Assembly (NCBI GenBank): GCA_013297925.1
Contig: JAAFJC010000009.1
Coordinates: forward strand, 997-64,996
DNA from: Comamonadaceae bacterium
GTDB taxonomy: Bacteria; Pseudomonadota; Gammaproteobacteria; Burkholderiales; Burkholderiaceae_C
Direction: 5' to 3'
DNA length: 64,000 nt
Every line of letters begins with the position of its first letter. Position 1 is the stretch's first letter. The notes below the pieces were generated by a model, which searched no databases, was not told where the DNA came from, and worked only from the letters and a program-made list of their open reading frames with translations. Both the position numbers and the translations under genes were made by a program. Shown here piece by piece: positions 1 through 9,842 of this stretch.

Positions 1-1083
1 GTCGAGTTCTTTGTGGATGATCTCTAGGGCTTTCGTTACACCGGCTTGGCCAGCAGCGCCTAAGCCATGCAGCCATGCTCGGCCAATGAGTGTGCCTTGT
101 GCGCCGAGGGCGCGGGCTTTGATGACGTCTTGGCCGCTGCGGATGCCGCCGTCCATCCAGACTTCGATGTTTTTGCCAACGGCTTGTGCGATGGCGGGCA
201 AGGCTGTGATGGAGGATGGCGCGCCATCGAGCTGGCGGCCGCCGTGGTTGGAGACAATGAGGGCATCTGCGCCGCTCTCGACTGCTAAGCGCGCGTCTTC
301 CACATCTTGAATACCTTTCAAAATGATCTTGCCGCCCCAGCGCTTTTTGATCCACTCCACATCTCCCCAGTTGAGGCGCGGATCAAACTGCTGGCTCGTC
401 CATGCGGAGAGGCTGCTCATGTTTTCGACGCCTTTGACGTGGCCGACGATGTTGCCGAAGTCTCTGCGCTTCGTGCTCAGCATGCCTAAGCACCATGCTG
501 GCTTGGTGGCCATGTTGAGAATGTTGGGCAAGGTGAGTTTGGGTGGCGCAGACAAGCCGTTTTTAATGTCTTTGTGGCGTTGCCCGAGGATTTGCAGATC
601 GAGTGTGATTTGCAGCGCGGAGCAGTTGGCAGCTTTGGCGCGATCGATCAAGCGCTCGATGAAATCACGATCGCGCAGCACGTAAAGCTGAAACCAAAAG
701 GGGTGGCGATTCGTGGCCTGCGCGATATCTTCAATCGAGCAAATGCTCATGGTGGAGAGGGTGAACGGAATGCCAAACGTTTTGGCGGCGAGCGCGCCTA
801 AGATTTCGCCATCGGCATGCTGCATGCCCGTCATGCCGGTGGGCGCAATTGCTACGGGCATGGCGACTTGCTCGCCAATCATTGTCGTCTTCGTGCTGCG
901 GCCTTCCATGTTGACGGCCACTCGTTGGCGCAGCTTGATGCTTTGAAAATCGGCGCTGTTGGCGCGGTAGGTGCTCTCTGTCCATGAGCCGGAATCGCAG
1001 TAGTCGTAAAACATGCGCGGCGCGCGCTTCTCGTGCATGGCGCGCAGGTCTTCGATGCAGGTGACTTTGGAAAGATCGGTCAT
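1..1083 (-). CDS. FMN-dependent alpha-hydroxy-acid dehydrogenase (L-lactate dehydrogenase/glycolate oxidase family); C-terminus runs off the window
   Basis: Absent from the ORF track because there is no stop inside the window. Manual reverse-strand translation from ATG (complement of 1081-1083): MTDLSKVTCIEDLRAMHEKRAPRMFYDYCDSGSWTE ... LIVSNHGGRQLDGAPSSI ... WMDGGIRSGQDV. These are the family signature motifs. Confidence 0.85.
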   Translation of the reverse strand, partial: MTDLSKVTCIEDLRAMHEKRAPRMFYDYCDSGSWTESTYRANSADFQSIKLRQRVAVNMEGRSTKTTMIGEQVAMPVAIAPTGMTGMQHADGEILGALAAKTFGIPFTLSTMSICSIEDIAQATNRHPFWFQLYVLRDRDFIERLIDRAKAANCSALQITLDLQILGQRHKDIKNGLSAPPKLTLPNILNMATKPAWCLGMLSTKRRDFGNIVGHVKGVENMSSLSAWTSQQFDPRLNWGDVEWIKKRWGGKIILKGIQDVEDARLAVESGADALIVSNHGGRQLDGAPSSITALPAIAQAVGKNIEVWMDGGIRSGQDVIKARALGAQGTLIGRAWLHGLGAAGQAGVTKALEIIHKELD

Positions 1084-1190
1084 GGCTTGTCTCACATATT
1101 GGAATGGACTTGATCCTAGCCGATGGCCATGCAAGGCCGCGTGAAATGCGCTTGTTTGGGCGTGAAATTAATTGAGAATCGCAAAATCAC

Positions 1191-2228
1191 TCAATCATCC
1201 AGCGAACCCGTCTCCACATCAGTCTCGGGCACTTCGCCAATCAGCCGTCGCGTCTCTTGCGCCTGCAGCTTGAGCCATGCGCAAAACGCGGTAACCTCCT
1301 CGCGAGCAGTAGAAATGCTGCGCTGGCGCGGCGAGAGCACGAGCCAAAAGGCCATGGGGGAATCCATGCGCAGCTTGGGCAGGATTTCTACCAGATCGCC
1401 ACGCGCCAGCTGCTCGGCCACCAGCGGCGTGCGTGCGAGCACCACGCCTTGGCCGCTCAAAGCGGCTTGCGCCATTTGGTAGGCGTAGTTGAAATAGAGC
1501 CAGCGCTTCGGGCTGATTTTGGCCAGGCGCTTATCGCTTGGGTTGAGCTCCACCTGCCTATCAAACCAACGCCGCCATGAGAGCCATTCCAAATGCGTGC
1601 TGTGGGCATCGCCTGCTTCGATCAAGGTGAAATTCGCAAAATCTGCCGGGCTTTTGATTTTGGCCTCAGATTTGAGCAGCCACGGGCTGGCCGCTGGCGT
1701 GAGCTGCTCGCCGAAAAGGCGGATTGCGTGCGTTGGCATGCTGCGCGACGGGCCATAGCGCAGGGCAATATCCACATCCGCCGTTTCCATATCCACCGAT
1801 ACGTCTGATGCATCAATCCGAAAATCAATGCCGGGCTCGGTTTTTTGGAAAGCTTCCAAGCGCGGAATCAGCCACATTGATGCAAAAGATGCAAAAGTCG
1901 TGAGCGCCACATGCTTCCTGCCCACGCTGGTGCGAATCTGGCGCACGCTACTGTCAATCCGCTCTAAGCTGGGCGCGACTGAGCCAAGCAAGCCCATGCC
2001 TGCGGCTGTGAGCTCCACGCTGCGGGTGTGACGGTTAAACAGCTGAGTGCCCACCTCCTCCTCCAGCGATTGAATCTGCCGCGAGACGGCGCTTTGCGTG
2101 AGCGCCATTTCTTCGGCGGCCGCGCGAAAGTTCAAATGCCGTGCCACGGCCTCAAAAGCACGCAAGTTGCCAGCGCCGATGGGGCGGGTGCGTAAATGGG
2201 TTTGGGAATGCAACATGATGTTTTTCAT
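1191..2228 (-). CDS. LysR-family transcriptional regulator
   Basis: N-terminal HTH FEAVARHLNFRAAAEEMALTQSAVSRQIQSLEEEVG plus a LysR substrate-binding body. Divergent from the DUF2917 gene, which is the usual pairing. Confidence 0.85.
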   Translation of the reverse strand: MKNIMLHSQTHLRTRPIGAGNLRAFEAVARHLNFRAAAEEMALTQSAVSRQIQSLEEEVGTQLFNRHTRSVELTAAGMGLLGSVAPSLERIDSSVRQIRTSVGRKHVALTTFASFASMWLIPRLEAFQKTEPGIDFRIDASDVSVDMETADVDIALRYGPSRSMPTHAIRLFGEQLTPAASPWLLKSEAKIKSPADFANFTLIEAGDAHSTHLEWLSWRRWFDRQVELNPSDKRLAKISPKRWLYFNYAYQMAQAALSGQGVVLARTPLVAEQLARGDLVEILPKLRMDSPMAFWLVLSPRQRSISTAREEVTAFCAWLKLQAQETRRLIGEVPETDVETGSLDD

Positions 2229-2235
2229 TCATGCG

Positions 2236-2248
2236 TTAAACACAATAA
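2236..2248. promoter_or_regulatory. Candidate LysR box (TTA-N7-TAA, T-N11-A type) in the divergent promoter region
   Basis: ttaaacacaataa lies between the LysR start (2228) and the DUF2917 start (2321). This is a motif-only call. Confidence 0.25.
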
Positions 2249-2320
2249 TAGTATGGAGCGATTTCATTGGACTGTCAAGTAGCTTCGGCGCATTATTAAC
2301 ACCCATTGAAGGAGAAAACC

Positions 2321-2839
2321 ATGTCTCAATTTGCATCAATCACTTCTCTCCCATCACAGGCTTGCTTGCGCAGCCGCGCGGGCAGCTTTCAGCTGAACAA
2401 ACCGCAAGCGATTTCCTTGCGCCCGGCGGCAGGCACCGCCATCCGCATCACTTGCGGCAGCGCCTGGCTCACCTTGGGCGATGGCCAAGATTACTTTTTG
2501 CGCCAAGGCGAAAGCTTGCAGGCTAAGAAGGGCAGCTCTGTGGTGATTGAGGCGATGCGCAAGCCCGGCGCAGAGGATGCCATGGAGACGGTTTATTTCG
2601 ATTGGGATCCTGTGCCGCTGCGCATTCCAGCGATGCGTAGATCGCCATCCGCGCCGCTGCCCAGTGTGAAAACACCTCAGCGCTTGGCTTTGGCAGAAGC
2701 TTGGGGTGATTTTCGGCTGGCTTTGGCCGCGGGTTTTCTTGCAGGCGCACGTTTGGCAGCCGCTTTGCTCGGCTTGGCTACTCTGGCGCGCAGTGCGCAC
2801 TCCAGCGCCAGCTGCGCCCAAGGCCGCATGGCATCTTGA
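2321..2839 (+). CDS. DUF2917-like small protein with a long Ala-rich C-terminal extension
   Basis: ATG at 2321 is preceded by GAAGGAG. The N-terminal half (AISLRPAAGTAIRITCGSAWLTLGDGQDYFLRQGESL) resembles the DUF2917 proteins usually paired with LysR. The last ~55 codons are antisense to the TfoX-like gene. Confidence 0.55.
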   Translation: MSQFASITSLPSQACLRSRAGSFQLNKPQAISLRPAAGTAIRITCGSAWLTLGDGQDYFLRQGESLQAKKGSSVVIEAMRKPGAEDAMETVYFDWDPVPLRIPAMRRSPSAPLPSVKTPQRLALAEAWGDFRLALAAGFLAGARLAAALLGLATLARSAHSSASCAQGRMAS

Positions 2840-3138
2840 GAATCCATCGCCTCTTCGGGAGCTGTGTAGTAGCCCATGGAGGCGAGCCGGTCTTTCATCT
2901 GATAGGTGAATCGCTCGCAGCCCGCAGCTTCGAAGCGGGCGCGAGCCTCTTCATCGCCTTTGAGCCAAAGCTTTTCACCGCCGCCAACATCGGCAATGAT
3001 GGCCAGCGTCATACCGTCAATCGCAATGCCCCAGCCGCCAAACATGCGTTTGGGCACGCAAGGGCCTTGAGTGGAGAGCAGATCGCAGCAATAGTCTGCA
3101 AACTGGCGGTTCGCGGGTGGGGCTGATTTCGTGGGCAT
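2677..3138 (-). CDS. TfoX/Sxy N-terminal-domain protein with a Lys/Ala-rich tail
   Basis: [21 protein letters not shown]...[19 protein letters not shown].. is a TfoX_N-like sequence. The longer track ORF (to 3699) is antisense to queC, so the internal ATG at 3138 was chosen. Confidence 0.7.
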   Translation of the reverse strand: MPTKSAPPANRQFADYCCDLLSTQGPCVPKRMFGGWGIAIDGMTLAIIADVGGGEKLWLKGDEEARARFEAAGCERFTYQMKDRLASMGYYTAPEEAMDSQDAMRPWAQLALECALRARVAKPSKAAAKRAPARKPAAKASRKSPQASAKAKR

Positions 3139-3159
3139 ACGAGAGATGATAATTGCAAC

Positions 3160-3894
3160 ATGAGCGTGATCACTCCTCCCACCCGCCAAGCGGCTCTCGT
3201 GCTGTTTTCTGGCGGTCAAGATTCCACCACTTGCTTGGCTTGGGCTTTGCAGCATTTTCCACGCGTGGAGACCATTGGCTTTGACTACGGCCAGCGCCAT
3301 CGCGTGGAGCTGGATGCGCGGCTGGTGGTGCTCGCCGAGATCAAAGCGCAGTTTCCGCAGTGGGCGGCCAAGCTTGGCGAAGATCATTTGCTGGATGTGA
3401 ATGTGCTCGGCCAAGTGAGCGAAACATCGCTCACGCGAGATGTCGCGTTCAAGATGGAAGCAACCGGTTTGCCGAACACTTTTGTGCCCGGCCGCAATCT
3501 GCTCTTCCTCACTCTCGCCGCTGCGCTCGCCTATCGCCGGGGCACAGATGTGCTCGTGACAGGCGTGTGCGAAACCGATTTCTCTGGCTACCCCGATTGC
3601 CGCGATGACACGATGAAGGCGATGCAACTGGCACTCTCGCTCGGCATGGATAAGCGCCTGCTGATCGAAACGCCACTCATGTGGATCGACAAAGCGCAAA
3701 CTTGGGGCTTAGCTCACACACTCGGCGGCGAACAACTCGTGCAGCTCATTCAAGAACACACCCACACTTGCTACCTCGGTGATCGCATTCATCGCCACGA
3801 CTGGGGCTACGGCTGCGGCCAATGCCCGGCTTGTGAGCTGCGCGCGAAGGGCTGGGAGAAGTGGCGTGCATCAAAGCAACAACTATTAAATTGA
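3160..3894 (+). CDS. queC: 7-cyano-7-deazaguanine synthase
   Basis: Contains [11 protein letters not shown] (PP-loop), FVPGRN, and the C-terminal Zn cluster [10 protein letters not shown]. Length is 244 aa. Confidence 0.93.
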   Translation: MSVITPPTRQAALVLFSGGQDSTTCLAWALQHFPRVETIGFDYGQRHRVELDARLVVLAEIKAQFPQWAAKLGEDHLLDVNVLGQVSETSLTRDVAFKMEATGLPNTFVPGRNLLFLTLAAALAYRRGTDVLVTGVCETDFSGYPDCRDDTMKAMQLALSLGMDKRLLIETPLMWIDKAQTWGLAHTLGGEQLVQLIQEHTHTCYLGDRIHRHDWGYGCGQCPACELRAKGWEKWRASKQQLLN

Positions 3895-3923
3895 TAGCGC
3901 TCCGCGCATATTCTATGCCGGCG
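3883..3923 (-). repeat. Family I double-hairpin repeat, copy D (reverse orientation); overlaps the last 3 codons and the stop of queC
   Basis: ctattaaattgatagcgctccgcgcatattctatgccggcg. It aligns with the copies at 26916, 53998, 4636 and 61001. Confidence 0.8.
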
Positions 3924-3950
3924 ACCTGCCGATTTCTCTTTTAAAAGCTT

Positions 3951-4604
3951 ATGAACACACCCTCAACACCACCCATTGCCGATTGGCGTAAAAACTACGA
4001 GCGTGGCGAACTGCTGGAATCGCATGCCAACAAAGACCCGCTCAAGCAATTCGACGCATGGCTGCAAGACGCTGTGAAGGCCGAATGCCCTGAGCCCAAC
4101 GCGATGACGCTGGCCACCGTAGGCTCAGATCTGCGGCCATCCACACGCATTGTGCTGATCAAGGGCTACGATGAAAAAGGGATTGGCTGGTTCACGAGCT
4201 ACGGCTCACGCAAAGGCACCGAGCTCGCCGGCAATCCATTCGCTGCGCTGCAATTCCATTGGGTGGAGCTGGAGCGCACAGTGCGCATCGAAGGCCGTGT
4301 CGAGAAGATGAGCGCCGAAGAATCGGATGCCTATTTCAACAGCCGCCCGCTGGCCAGCCGCATCAGTGCGATCACCAGCCCGCAGAGCCAAATCGTGCCC
4401 AGCCGACAGTGGCTGGATGATCGCTCTCTGGCAGTTGCGCAAGAACAAGGTGATCATCCAGAGCGCCCAGAGGATTGGGGCGGCTATCGTCTCATTCCAG
4501 ATCGCTGGCAATTTTGGCAAGGCCGACGCAATCGCTTGCATGATCGCTTGGCTTACACCTTGAACGCGCAGGCTCAGTGGCAAATCGAACGCCTAGCACC
4601 TTAA
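3951..4604 (+). CDS. pdxH: Pyridoxamine 5'-phosphate oxidase
   Basis: Contains [29 protein letters not shown], and [22 protein letters not shown]. Length is 217 aa. Confidence 0.93.
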   Translation: MNTPSTPPIADWRKNYERGELLESHANKDPLKQFDAWLQDAVKAECPEPNAMTLATVGSDLRPSTRIVLIKGYDEKGIGWFTSYGSRKGTELAGNPFAALQFHWVELERTVRIEGRVEKMSAEESDAYFNSRPLASRISAITSPQSQIVPSRQWLDDRSLAVAQEQGDHPERPEDWGGYRLIPDRWQFWQGRRNRLHDRLAYTLNAQAQWQIERLAP

Positions 4605-4635
4605 ATGTCAGGATTTCGAAGTCTTTTCGCCATAT

Positions 4636-4677
4636 CGCCGGCATAGAATGTGCGCGATTAGCTATTGAAATAATAGC
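4636..4677 (+). repeat. Family I double-hairpin repeat, copy A (forward orientation)
   Basis: cgccggcatagaatgtgcgcgattagctattgaaataatagc. Intergenic, immediately 3' of pdxH. Confidence 0.8.
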
Positions 4678-4692
4678 AACTCATTTCTCTTT

Positions 4693-5625
4693 ATGAAACC
4701 TGAAACCGTTCAGCGCTGGGCCTTTGCCCTGCTCTTGGTCACCCCTGCTCTCTGGTCTGCCAACTATCTCGTGGCGCGCTTGGCGCCTGGCGAAATCGCG
4801 CCACATATGCTCGCGTTGTGCCGCTGGGCGCTTGCTGCCACGGTGCTGGGCGTGTTTGCATTTCCCGAGCTCAAAGCCAAGCGCCATTTGATTTTGAAAA
4901 ACGCTTGGCATTATTTGGTGCTCGGCGCTTTAGGCATGTGGATCTGCGGCGCTTGGGTGTATATCGGCGCGCGCTCCACCAGTGCCACCAATATCGCGCT
5001 GATTTATTCGCTCTCGCCAGCTTTCATCGTGCTTTGCGCTTCGATGTGGCTGCATGAAAAGCTGCGTGACATTCAATGGCTGGGGATCGCACTGGCTTTT
5101 GCGGGGCTGATTCATGTGGTGATCAGAGGGCAGTGGGGCAATTTGCTGGAGGTGCGTTTCGTGCCTGGCGATTTATGGATCGTCGCTTGTGCATTTAGCT
5201 GGGCCGCGTATGCCTTGCTCATGAAAAAATGGCCAACGGATTTCTCTCCGATGGCGCGGCTCGTGCTGACAGCCATTGGCGGTTGTATTGTGCTGCTCCC
5301 GTTCACCGTGATCGAAGCGGTGAGTGGCCTGCCGCTCACGCAAACGCTTTGGGGTTGGAAATCTTTTGCACTGATTGCTTTGGCTGGCCTGGTGCCAGGC
5401 GCATTCGCCTATTGGGCTTACAGCACGGCGCAAAAGACCTTGGGCGCAGCACGCACCGCGATGGCGCTTTACATGGGGCCGCTGTACGGCGCGCTGCTCG
5501 GCTGGGTGTTTCTCGGTGAGACAGTGACCGGGTATCACGCCATCGGTGCCCTGCTCATCCTGCCGGGCTTGTATTTGGCTTCTTACAGCCACTCAGGACA
5601 TCAAAGCGCCGCAACGAAAAGCTGA
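4693..5625 (+). CDS. EamA/DMT-family permease
   Basis: A 310-aa protein with about 10 hydrophobic helices and a duplicated EamA-like organisation. Confidence 0.75.
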   Translation: MKPETVQRWAFALLLVTPALWSANYLVARLAPGEIAPHMLALCRWALAATVLGVFAFPELKAKRHLILKNAWHYLVLGALGMWICGAWVYIGARSTSATNIALIYSLSPAFIVLCASMWLHEKLRDIQWLGIALAFAGLIHVVIRGQWGNLLEVRFVPGDLWIVACAFSWAAYALLMKKWPTDFSPMARLVLTAIGGCIVLLPFTVIEAVSGLPLTQTLWGWKSFALIALAGLVPGAFAYWAYSTAQKTLGAARTAMALYMGPLYGALLGWVFLGETVTGYHAIGALLILPGLYLASYSHSGHQSAATKS

Positions 5626-5683
5626 CACGACACAAGCAGAGCGCAAGTCTTTTGAATCTTGCAGGGTATCTCCTAGTTTGAAA

Positions 5684-6646
5684 ATGCACGATGCACCTTT
5701 AAGGTGGCAGCACTTCAAACTTGACATGATTCACACCTACGATGACCGATTTTCCCCCGTCGCGCAAGATGCAGGATCGGTCATCCGTCTTTGCACGGGC
5801 GCAAAGTGGAGTGAAGGGCCTGTGTGGATGCATGAGGATCAATCGCTGCTGTGGAGCGATATTCCCAACAACAGAATACTCCGCTGGAACAAGCAAGACG
5901 GCATGACGGTTTGGCGAGGCAACGCCGAATTCACCAATGGGCACACACGCGAAGCAGACGGCTCACTGCTGCATTGCTCACACGGCTTGCGAGCGATTGT
6001 GCGCACGAGGTTTAGCAAAGATCTCTCTGAGCAACGCGATGAGATCGTGGTGGATCGCTACCAAGGCAGGCGCTTGAATTCGCCCAATGATGTGGTGGTG
6101 AAATCCGATGGCACGATTTGGTTTACCGATCCGCCTTACGGCATCGTATCTAACTATGAAGGCTACAAAGCAGACAGTGAATTGGGCAATTGCTATGTGT
6201 TTCGCTTCGATCCGGTGAGCAAAAGCCTGCGCATCGTGACAGATTTGATCGAAGAGCCTAATGGCTTGGCTTTCTCGCCCGATGAATCCACGCTCTATAT
6301 CTCAGACACCTCCGCGGCCTTGAAGAAAGATGGCGGCGGCAACCATCACATCATGGCCTTTGATGTGGTGGGTGGGCAAGACCTTGCCACGCCTCGCCTC
6401 TTTGCGACGATTTCTCCCGGCCTCTCCGACGGTTTCCGCGTAGATCAGCACGGCTTCCTCTACACCAGCTGCGAAGAAGGTGTGCAGGTGTATCACCCTG
6501 ATGGCACCAAGATGGCGTTGATCGACGTGCCGGAGAAAGTGGGCAATCTCACCTTCGGCGGCATCTCGCGCAACGAGCTCTACATCTGCGCCAGCCAATC
6601 GCTTTACTGCATCCGCCTCAATACGAAGGGGCTGCAAACCCCATGA
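5684..6646 (+). CDS. SMP-30/gluconolactonase/LRE-family lactonase
   Basis: Contains WSEGPVW, LLWSDIPNNRILRW, RLNSPNDVVVKSDGTIWFTDP and EPNGLAFSPDE. The internal ATG was chosen because the track ORF start overlaps the EamA gene. Confidence 0.85.
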   Translation: MHDAPLRWQHFKLDMIHTYDDRFSPVAQDAGSVIRLCTGAKWSEGPVWMHEDQSLLWSDIPNNRILRWNKQDGMTVWRGNAEFTNGHTREADGSLLHCSHGLRAIVRTRFSKDLSEQRDEIVVDRYQGRRLNSPNDVVVKSDGTIWFTDPPYGIVSNYEGYKADSELGNCYVFRFDPVSKSLRIVTDLIEEPNGLAFSPDESTLYISDTSAALKKDGGGNHHIMAFDVVGGQDLATPRLFATISPGLSDGFRVDQHGFLYTSCEEGVQVYHPDGTKMALIDVPEKVGNLTFGGISRNELYICASQSLYCIRLNTKGLQTP

Positions 6647-7371
6647 GTATCAGCGCCGCAATCCAATGGCTGCTCAGCCCCATCAGCGGCGCGAGCACAC
6701 ATCATTTGGAAGAATGGGTGGTGTGGCATGCGCGCTTGATGGTGCTGGCGTGGGCGATTTTGTTGCCGCTGGGCGTGATCGCAGCGCGCTACTACAAAGT
6801 CACGCGTAATCAAGATTGGCCCCGCGTGGTGGACAACCGCGCTTGGTGGCATGCCCATCGCGGCCTGCAATACAGCGGCGTGGTTTTGATGTTGATCGGC
6901 GTTTATCTGGCCTGGCAGCAAAGTGCCTCCACAACCCTCGCTGCGCAGGTGCATGGCTATTTGGGCTGGGGCATCACAGCGATGGGCATCCTGCAAATCT
7001 TGAGCGCTTGGTTTCGCGGCAGCAAAGGCGGCCCCACTGAGCCCGAGATGCGCGGCGACCATTACGATATGACGCCTCACCGCTTGGCCTTTGAATGGCT
7101 TCACAAAACCTGTGGTTGGTTCGCCGTTGGCGCTGCTGTGATCACGATTGCCCTGGGGCTTTGGATTGCCGATGCCCCGCGCTGGATGCCTTTGGTGTTG
7201 GCCGTCTGGTGGATCGGCTTGATCGCCTGGGCGATTTATTTAGAGCGCTCAGGGCGCGCTATCGACACTTACCAAGCCATCTGGGGGCCTGATTTAAAAC
7301 ACCCCGGCAATCAGCGCTCGCATGTCGGCTGGCGAATGCTTCGCCCCGGTAGCGTTCAGGAGAAAGTATGA
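6643..7371 (+). CDS. Integral membrane protein, cytochrome b561-like (His-rich 5-6 TM)
   Basis: The ATGA overlap with the lactonase stop suggests translational coupling. Conserved His residues sit in the TM helices (WHARL, WWHAHRGLQ, VHGYLGW). The family call rests on recollection only. Confidence 0.5.
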   Translation: MSISAAIQWLLSPISGASTHHLEEWVVWHARLMVLAWAILLPLGVIAARYYKVTRNQDWPRVVDNRAWWHAHRGLQYSGVVLMLIGVYLAWQQSASTTLAAQVHGYLGWGITAMGILQILSAWFRGSKGGPTEPEMRGDHYDMTPHRLAFEWLHKTCGWFAVGAAVITIALGLWIADAPRWMPLVLAVWWIGLIAWAIYLERSGRAIDTYQAIWGPDLKHPGNQRSHVGWRMLRPGSVQEKV

Positions 7372-8462
7372 GCGGTTTGCAACTGAAAAATATCGTCAAG
7401 CGTTTTGGTGACGTGACGGTGGTGAAAAATTTGGATTTGGATATTCGCGAAGGCGAATTCATGGTCTTGCTCGGCGAATCAGGCTGCGGCAAAAGCACCA
7501 CGCTGCGCATCATCGCTGGCTTAGAAGAAGCCACCGAAGGGCAGATCTTCATCGACTCCCGCGATGTGACGAATCTTCACCCGATGGATCGCGATATCGC
7601 GATGGTGTTTCAAAACTATGCGCTGTATCCGCACATGGATGTGGCCAAAAACATGTCTTTCTCCCTGCGGATTGCGGGCTGCCCTGCGAACGAGATCAAA
7701 GAAAAAGTGGCCGCTGCTGCCAAGATTCTCAATATCGAGCATTTGCTCTCGCGCAAACCCAAAGAGCTCTCTGGCGGGCAACGCCAGCGTGTGGCGATTG
7801 GCCGCGCGATTGTGCGCGAGCCCAAGGTATTTCTCTTTGATGAGCCGCTTTCCAATTTAGATGCCAAGCTGCGCAGCCATATGCGCGCTGAGCTGGCTGT
7901 GCTGCATCAGCGCTTGGGCAAGACCACGGTGTATGTGACGCACGATCAAATTGAAGCGATGACCTTGGCTTCGCGCATTGTGATTTTTGACAAAGGCCAG
8001 ATTCAGCAGGTCGGCACGCCTACTGAGGTGTTCAATCGCCCGGCCAATATCTTCGTGGCGGGCTTCATCGGTGTGCCCACCATGAATATGCTGGATGCCA
8101 CCTGCGTCACACAAAATGGCCGCACGATGCTGCACGGCGCAGGCTTTGAATGGGCGGCACCCGATTGGCTTAGCGGAGTGAGCTTGCAGCCCGGCCAAGC
8201 GCTCACCTTGGGCATCCGCCCGCAAGCGCTACACACGGGCACAGCGCATGCCAACCGCTTGAGCTTGCAAACCCAAGTGGTGGAATACCTCGGCACGGAA
8301 AGCCAACTCGCGGGCACGATGCTCGGGCACAGCGCGCTGCGGTTCTCTGCCATCGTGCCGGGAGATGCTAAGGCCAGCCTAGGTAGCGAAGTGCCCTTAT
8401 CTTTTGAGCCAAACGAATTGCATGTTTTTGACCGCAACACGGGTCTATCCCTTCGACCGTAA
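7368..8462 (+). CDS. Sugar ABC transporter ATP-binding protein (MalK/UgpC type)
   Basis: Walker A GESGCGKST, signature LSGGQRQR, Walker B VFLFDEP, and a C-terminal TOBE-like domain. Confidence 0.9.
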   Translation: MSGLQLKNIVKRFGDVTVVKNLDLDIREGEFMVLLGESGCGKSTTLRIIAGLEEATEGQIFIDSRDVTNLHPMDRDIAMVFQNYALYPHMDVAKNMSFSLRIAGCPANEIKEKVAAAAKILNIEHLLSRKPKELSGGQRQRVAIGRAIVREPKVFLFDEPLSNLDAKLRSHMRAELAVLHQRLGKTTVYVTHDQIEAMTLASRIVIFDKGQIQQVGTPTEVFNRPANIFVAGFIGVPTMNMLDATCVTQNGRTMLHGAGFEWAAPDWLSGVSLQPGQALTLGIRPQALHTGTAHANRLSLQTQVVEYLGTESQLAGTMLGHSALRFSAIVPGDAKASLGSEVPLSFEPNELHVFDRNTGLSLRP

Positions 8463-8497
8463 TTTTTAACCTTCACCTTTAACCTGGAGACTTCACC

Positions 8498-9835
8498 ATG
8501 AGCTTGGATCGCAGAACCCTCATCAAAAATACTGGCATCACCGTGTTTGGCGCTGGCTTGCCCTTCAGCGGCGCTATCGCACAAAACCGATTTGCCAAGT
8601 ATGCTGGCAAAACCGTCACCATCAATATCCCTGCTCACCCGCATTACGATGCCATGAGCAAACTGCTGCCAGAGTTCACCAAAGAGACGGGCATCAAAGT
8701 TGATGTGGATCGCTTGGCCATCGGCCGTTTGAAAGAAAAGCAGCTGCTGGAAATGGCCAAGCCGCAAGGCGACTATGACTTGGCTTGCTACATCGTCATG
8801 TGGAAAGGCGAGTACGTTGCCAAGAATTTGATTCAGCCTCTCGAGCCTTTCTTCGCTAATCCTGCATTAGCCGATCCTGCATACGATATGAAAGACATCA
8901 TCCCGATCTATCTGGAAAATCTTGGCTTGGTGGGTGGCCCCAAAGGCTACTTGGCCGGGCCCGGTGCCAAGCTGTATGGCTTGCCTTATGGCGCAGAAAC
9001 CTCGGTACTGGCCTACCGACGCGATGTGTTTGCCAAACTGAATCTCAAAGTACCAGAAACCTATGATGACTTCACAAAAGCATTGCGCATTCTCAAAGAT
9101 CAATCGGGTATCGGCGCGCTTACCTCACGCGGACAAGCGGGGCATCAATGCGTACATGCATGGCTGCTGCACCTCAACCCGCTGGGCGGCAGTGTGTTTG
9201 ATGACCAATGGAAGCCACGCTTTAATGACAAAGCAGGCGTGGCCGCGTTGAAATTCTTGCAAGACGTAGTGGCCACAGGCCCTGCGGGCATCCCAGGCTT
9301 TGGTCAAGGAGAAGCCAATACGGCCTTCTTGCAAGGCCAAGCGGCGATGTACCTAGACTCAACTTCTTTTGCAGGCGTTGTGAACGATCCATCGCGCAGC
9401 AAAGTGGTGGGCAATGTGAGCTGGGCGCTGCATCCGCGCGGCGTCAAGCGCGCATCGCAATCTGGCGGTTTGGGCTTGACGATTCCGAAAAACGCCAAAA
9501 ATGCGGACGCCGGCTTTTTGCTGATGCAATGGCTCACTTCCAAGACACAAGACAAAGCTGTGACGCGCTTGGGGGGCGCACCCACGCGCAACTCCACACT
9601 GGGTGATGCTGATATCGTGCGTCAATACCCCGAGTTCATCGTGTTCAAGGAAGCGCTCAAGTACTCCAATCCTGACTGGCGTCCGATCATTCCAGTGTGG
9701 GATCGCATTAACGTGCAAGCCCTTGGCGTGGGTATCTCTGAAGCGCTCACAGGCAAAAAGAGCGCTGAAGATGCTTTGAATGGCTTGGTGCCGCAAGTCA
9801 CCGCCATCATGCGTGAAGCGGGCTACAAGATTTAA
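8498..9835 (+). CDS. Extracellular solute-binding protein (family 1, sugar ABC) with a Tat-like signal
   Basis: Begins MSLDRRTLIKNTGITVFGAGLPFSGAIA. Length is 445 aa. It lies between the ATPase and the two permeases. Confidence 0.85.
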   Translation: MSLDRRTLIKNTGITVFGAGLPFSGAIAQNRFAKYAGKTVTINIPAHPHYDAMSKLLPEFTKETGIKVDVDRLAIGRLKEKQLLEMAKPQGDYDLACYIVMWKGEYVAKNLIQPLEPFFANPALADPAYDMKDIIPIYLENLGLVGGPKGYLAGPGAKLYGLPYGAETSVLAYRRDVFAKLNLKVPETYDDFTKALRILKDQSGIGALTSRGQAGHQCVHAWLLHLNPLGGSVFDDQWKPRFNDKAGVAALKFLQDVVATGPAGIPGFGQGEANTAFLQGQAAMYLDSTSFAGVVNDPSRSKVVGNVSWALHPRGVKRASQSGGLGLTIPKNAKNADAGFLLMQWLTSKTQDKAVTRLGGAPTRNSTLGDADIVRQYPEFIVFKEALKYSNPDWRPIIPVWDRINVQALGVGISEALTGKKSAEDALNGLVPQVTAIMREAGYKI

Positions 9836-9842
9836 GTTAACC

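Noticed and set aside
3139-3699. The N-terminal 187 codons of track ORF 2677-3699(-).
   Set aside because: This part is antisense to queC, which has all its catalytic motifs. The TfoX-like domain starts at the internal ATG at 3138, so the longer ORF is an artefact.
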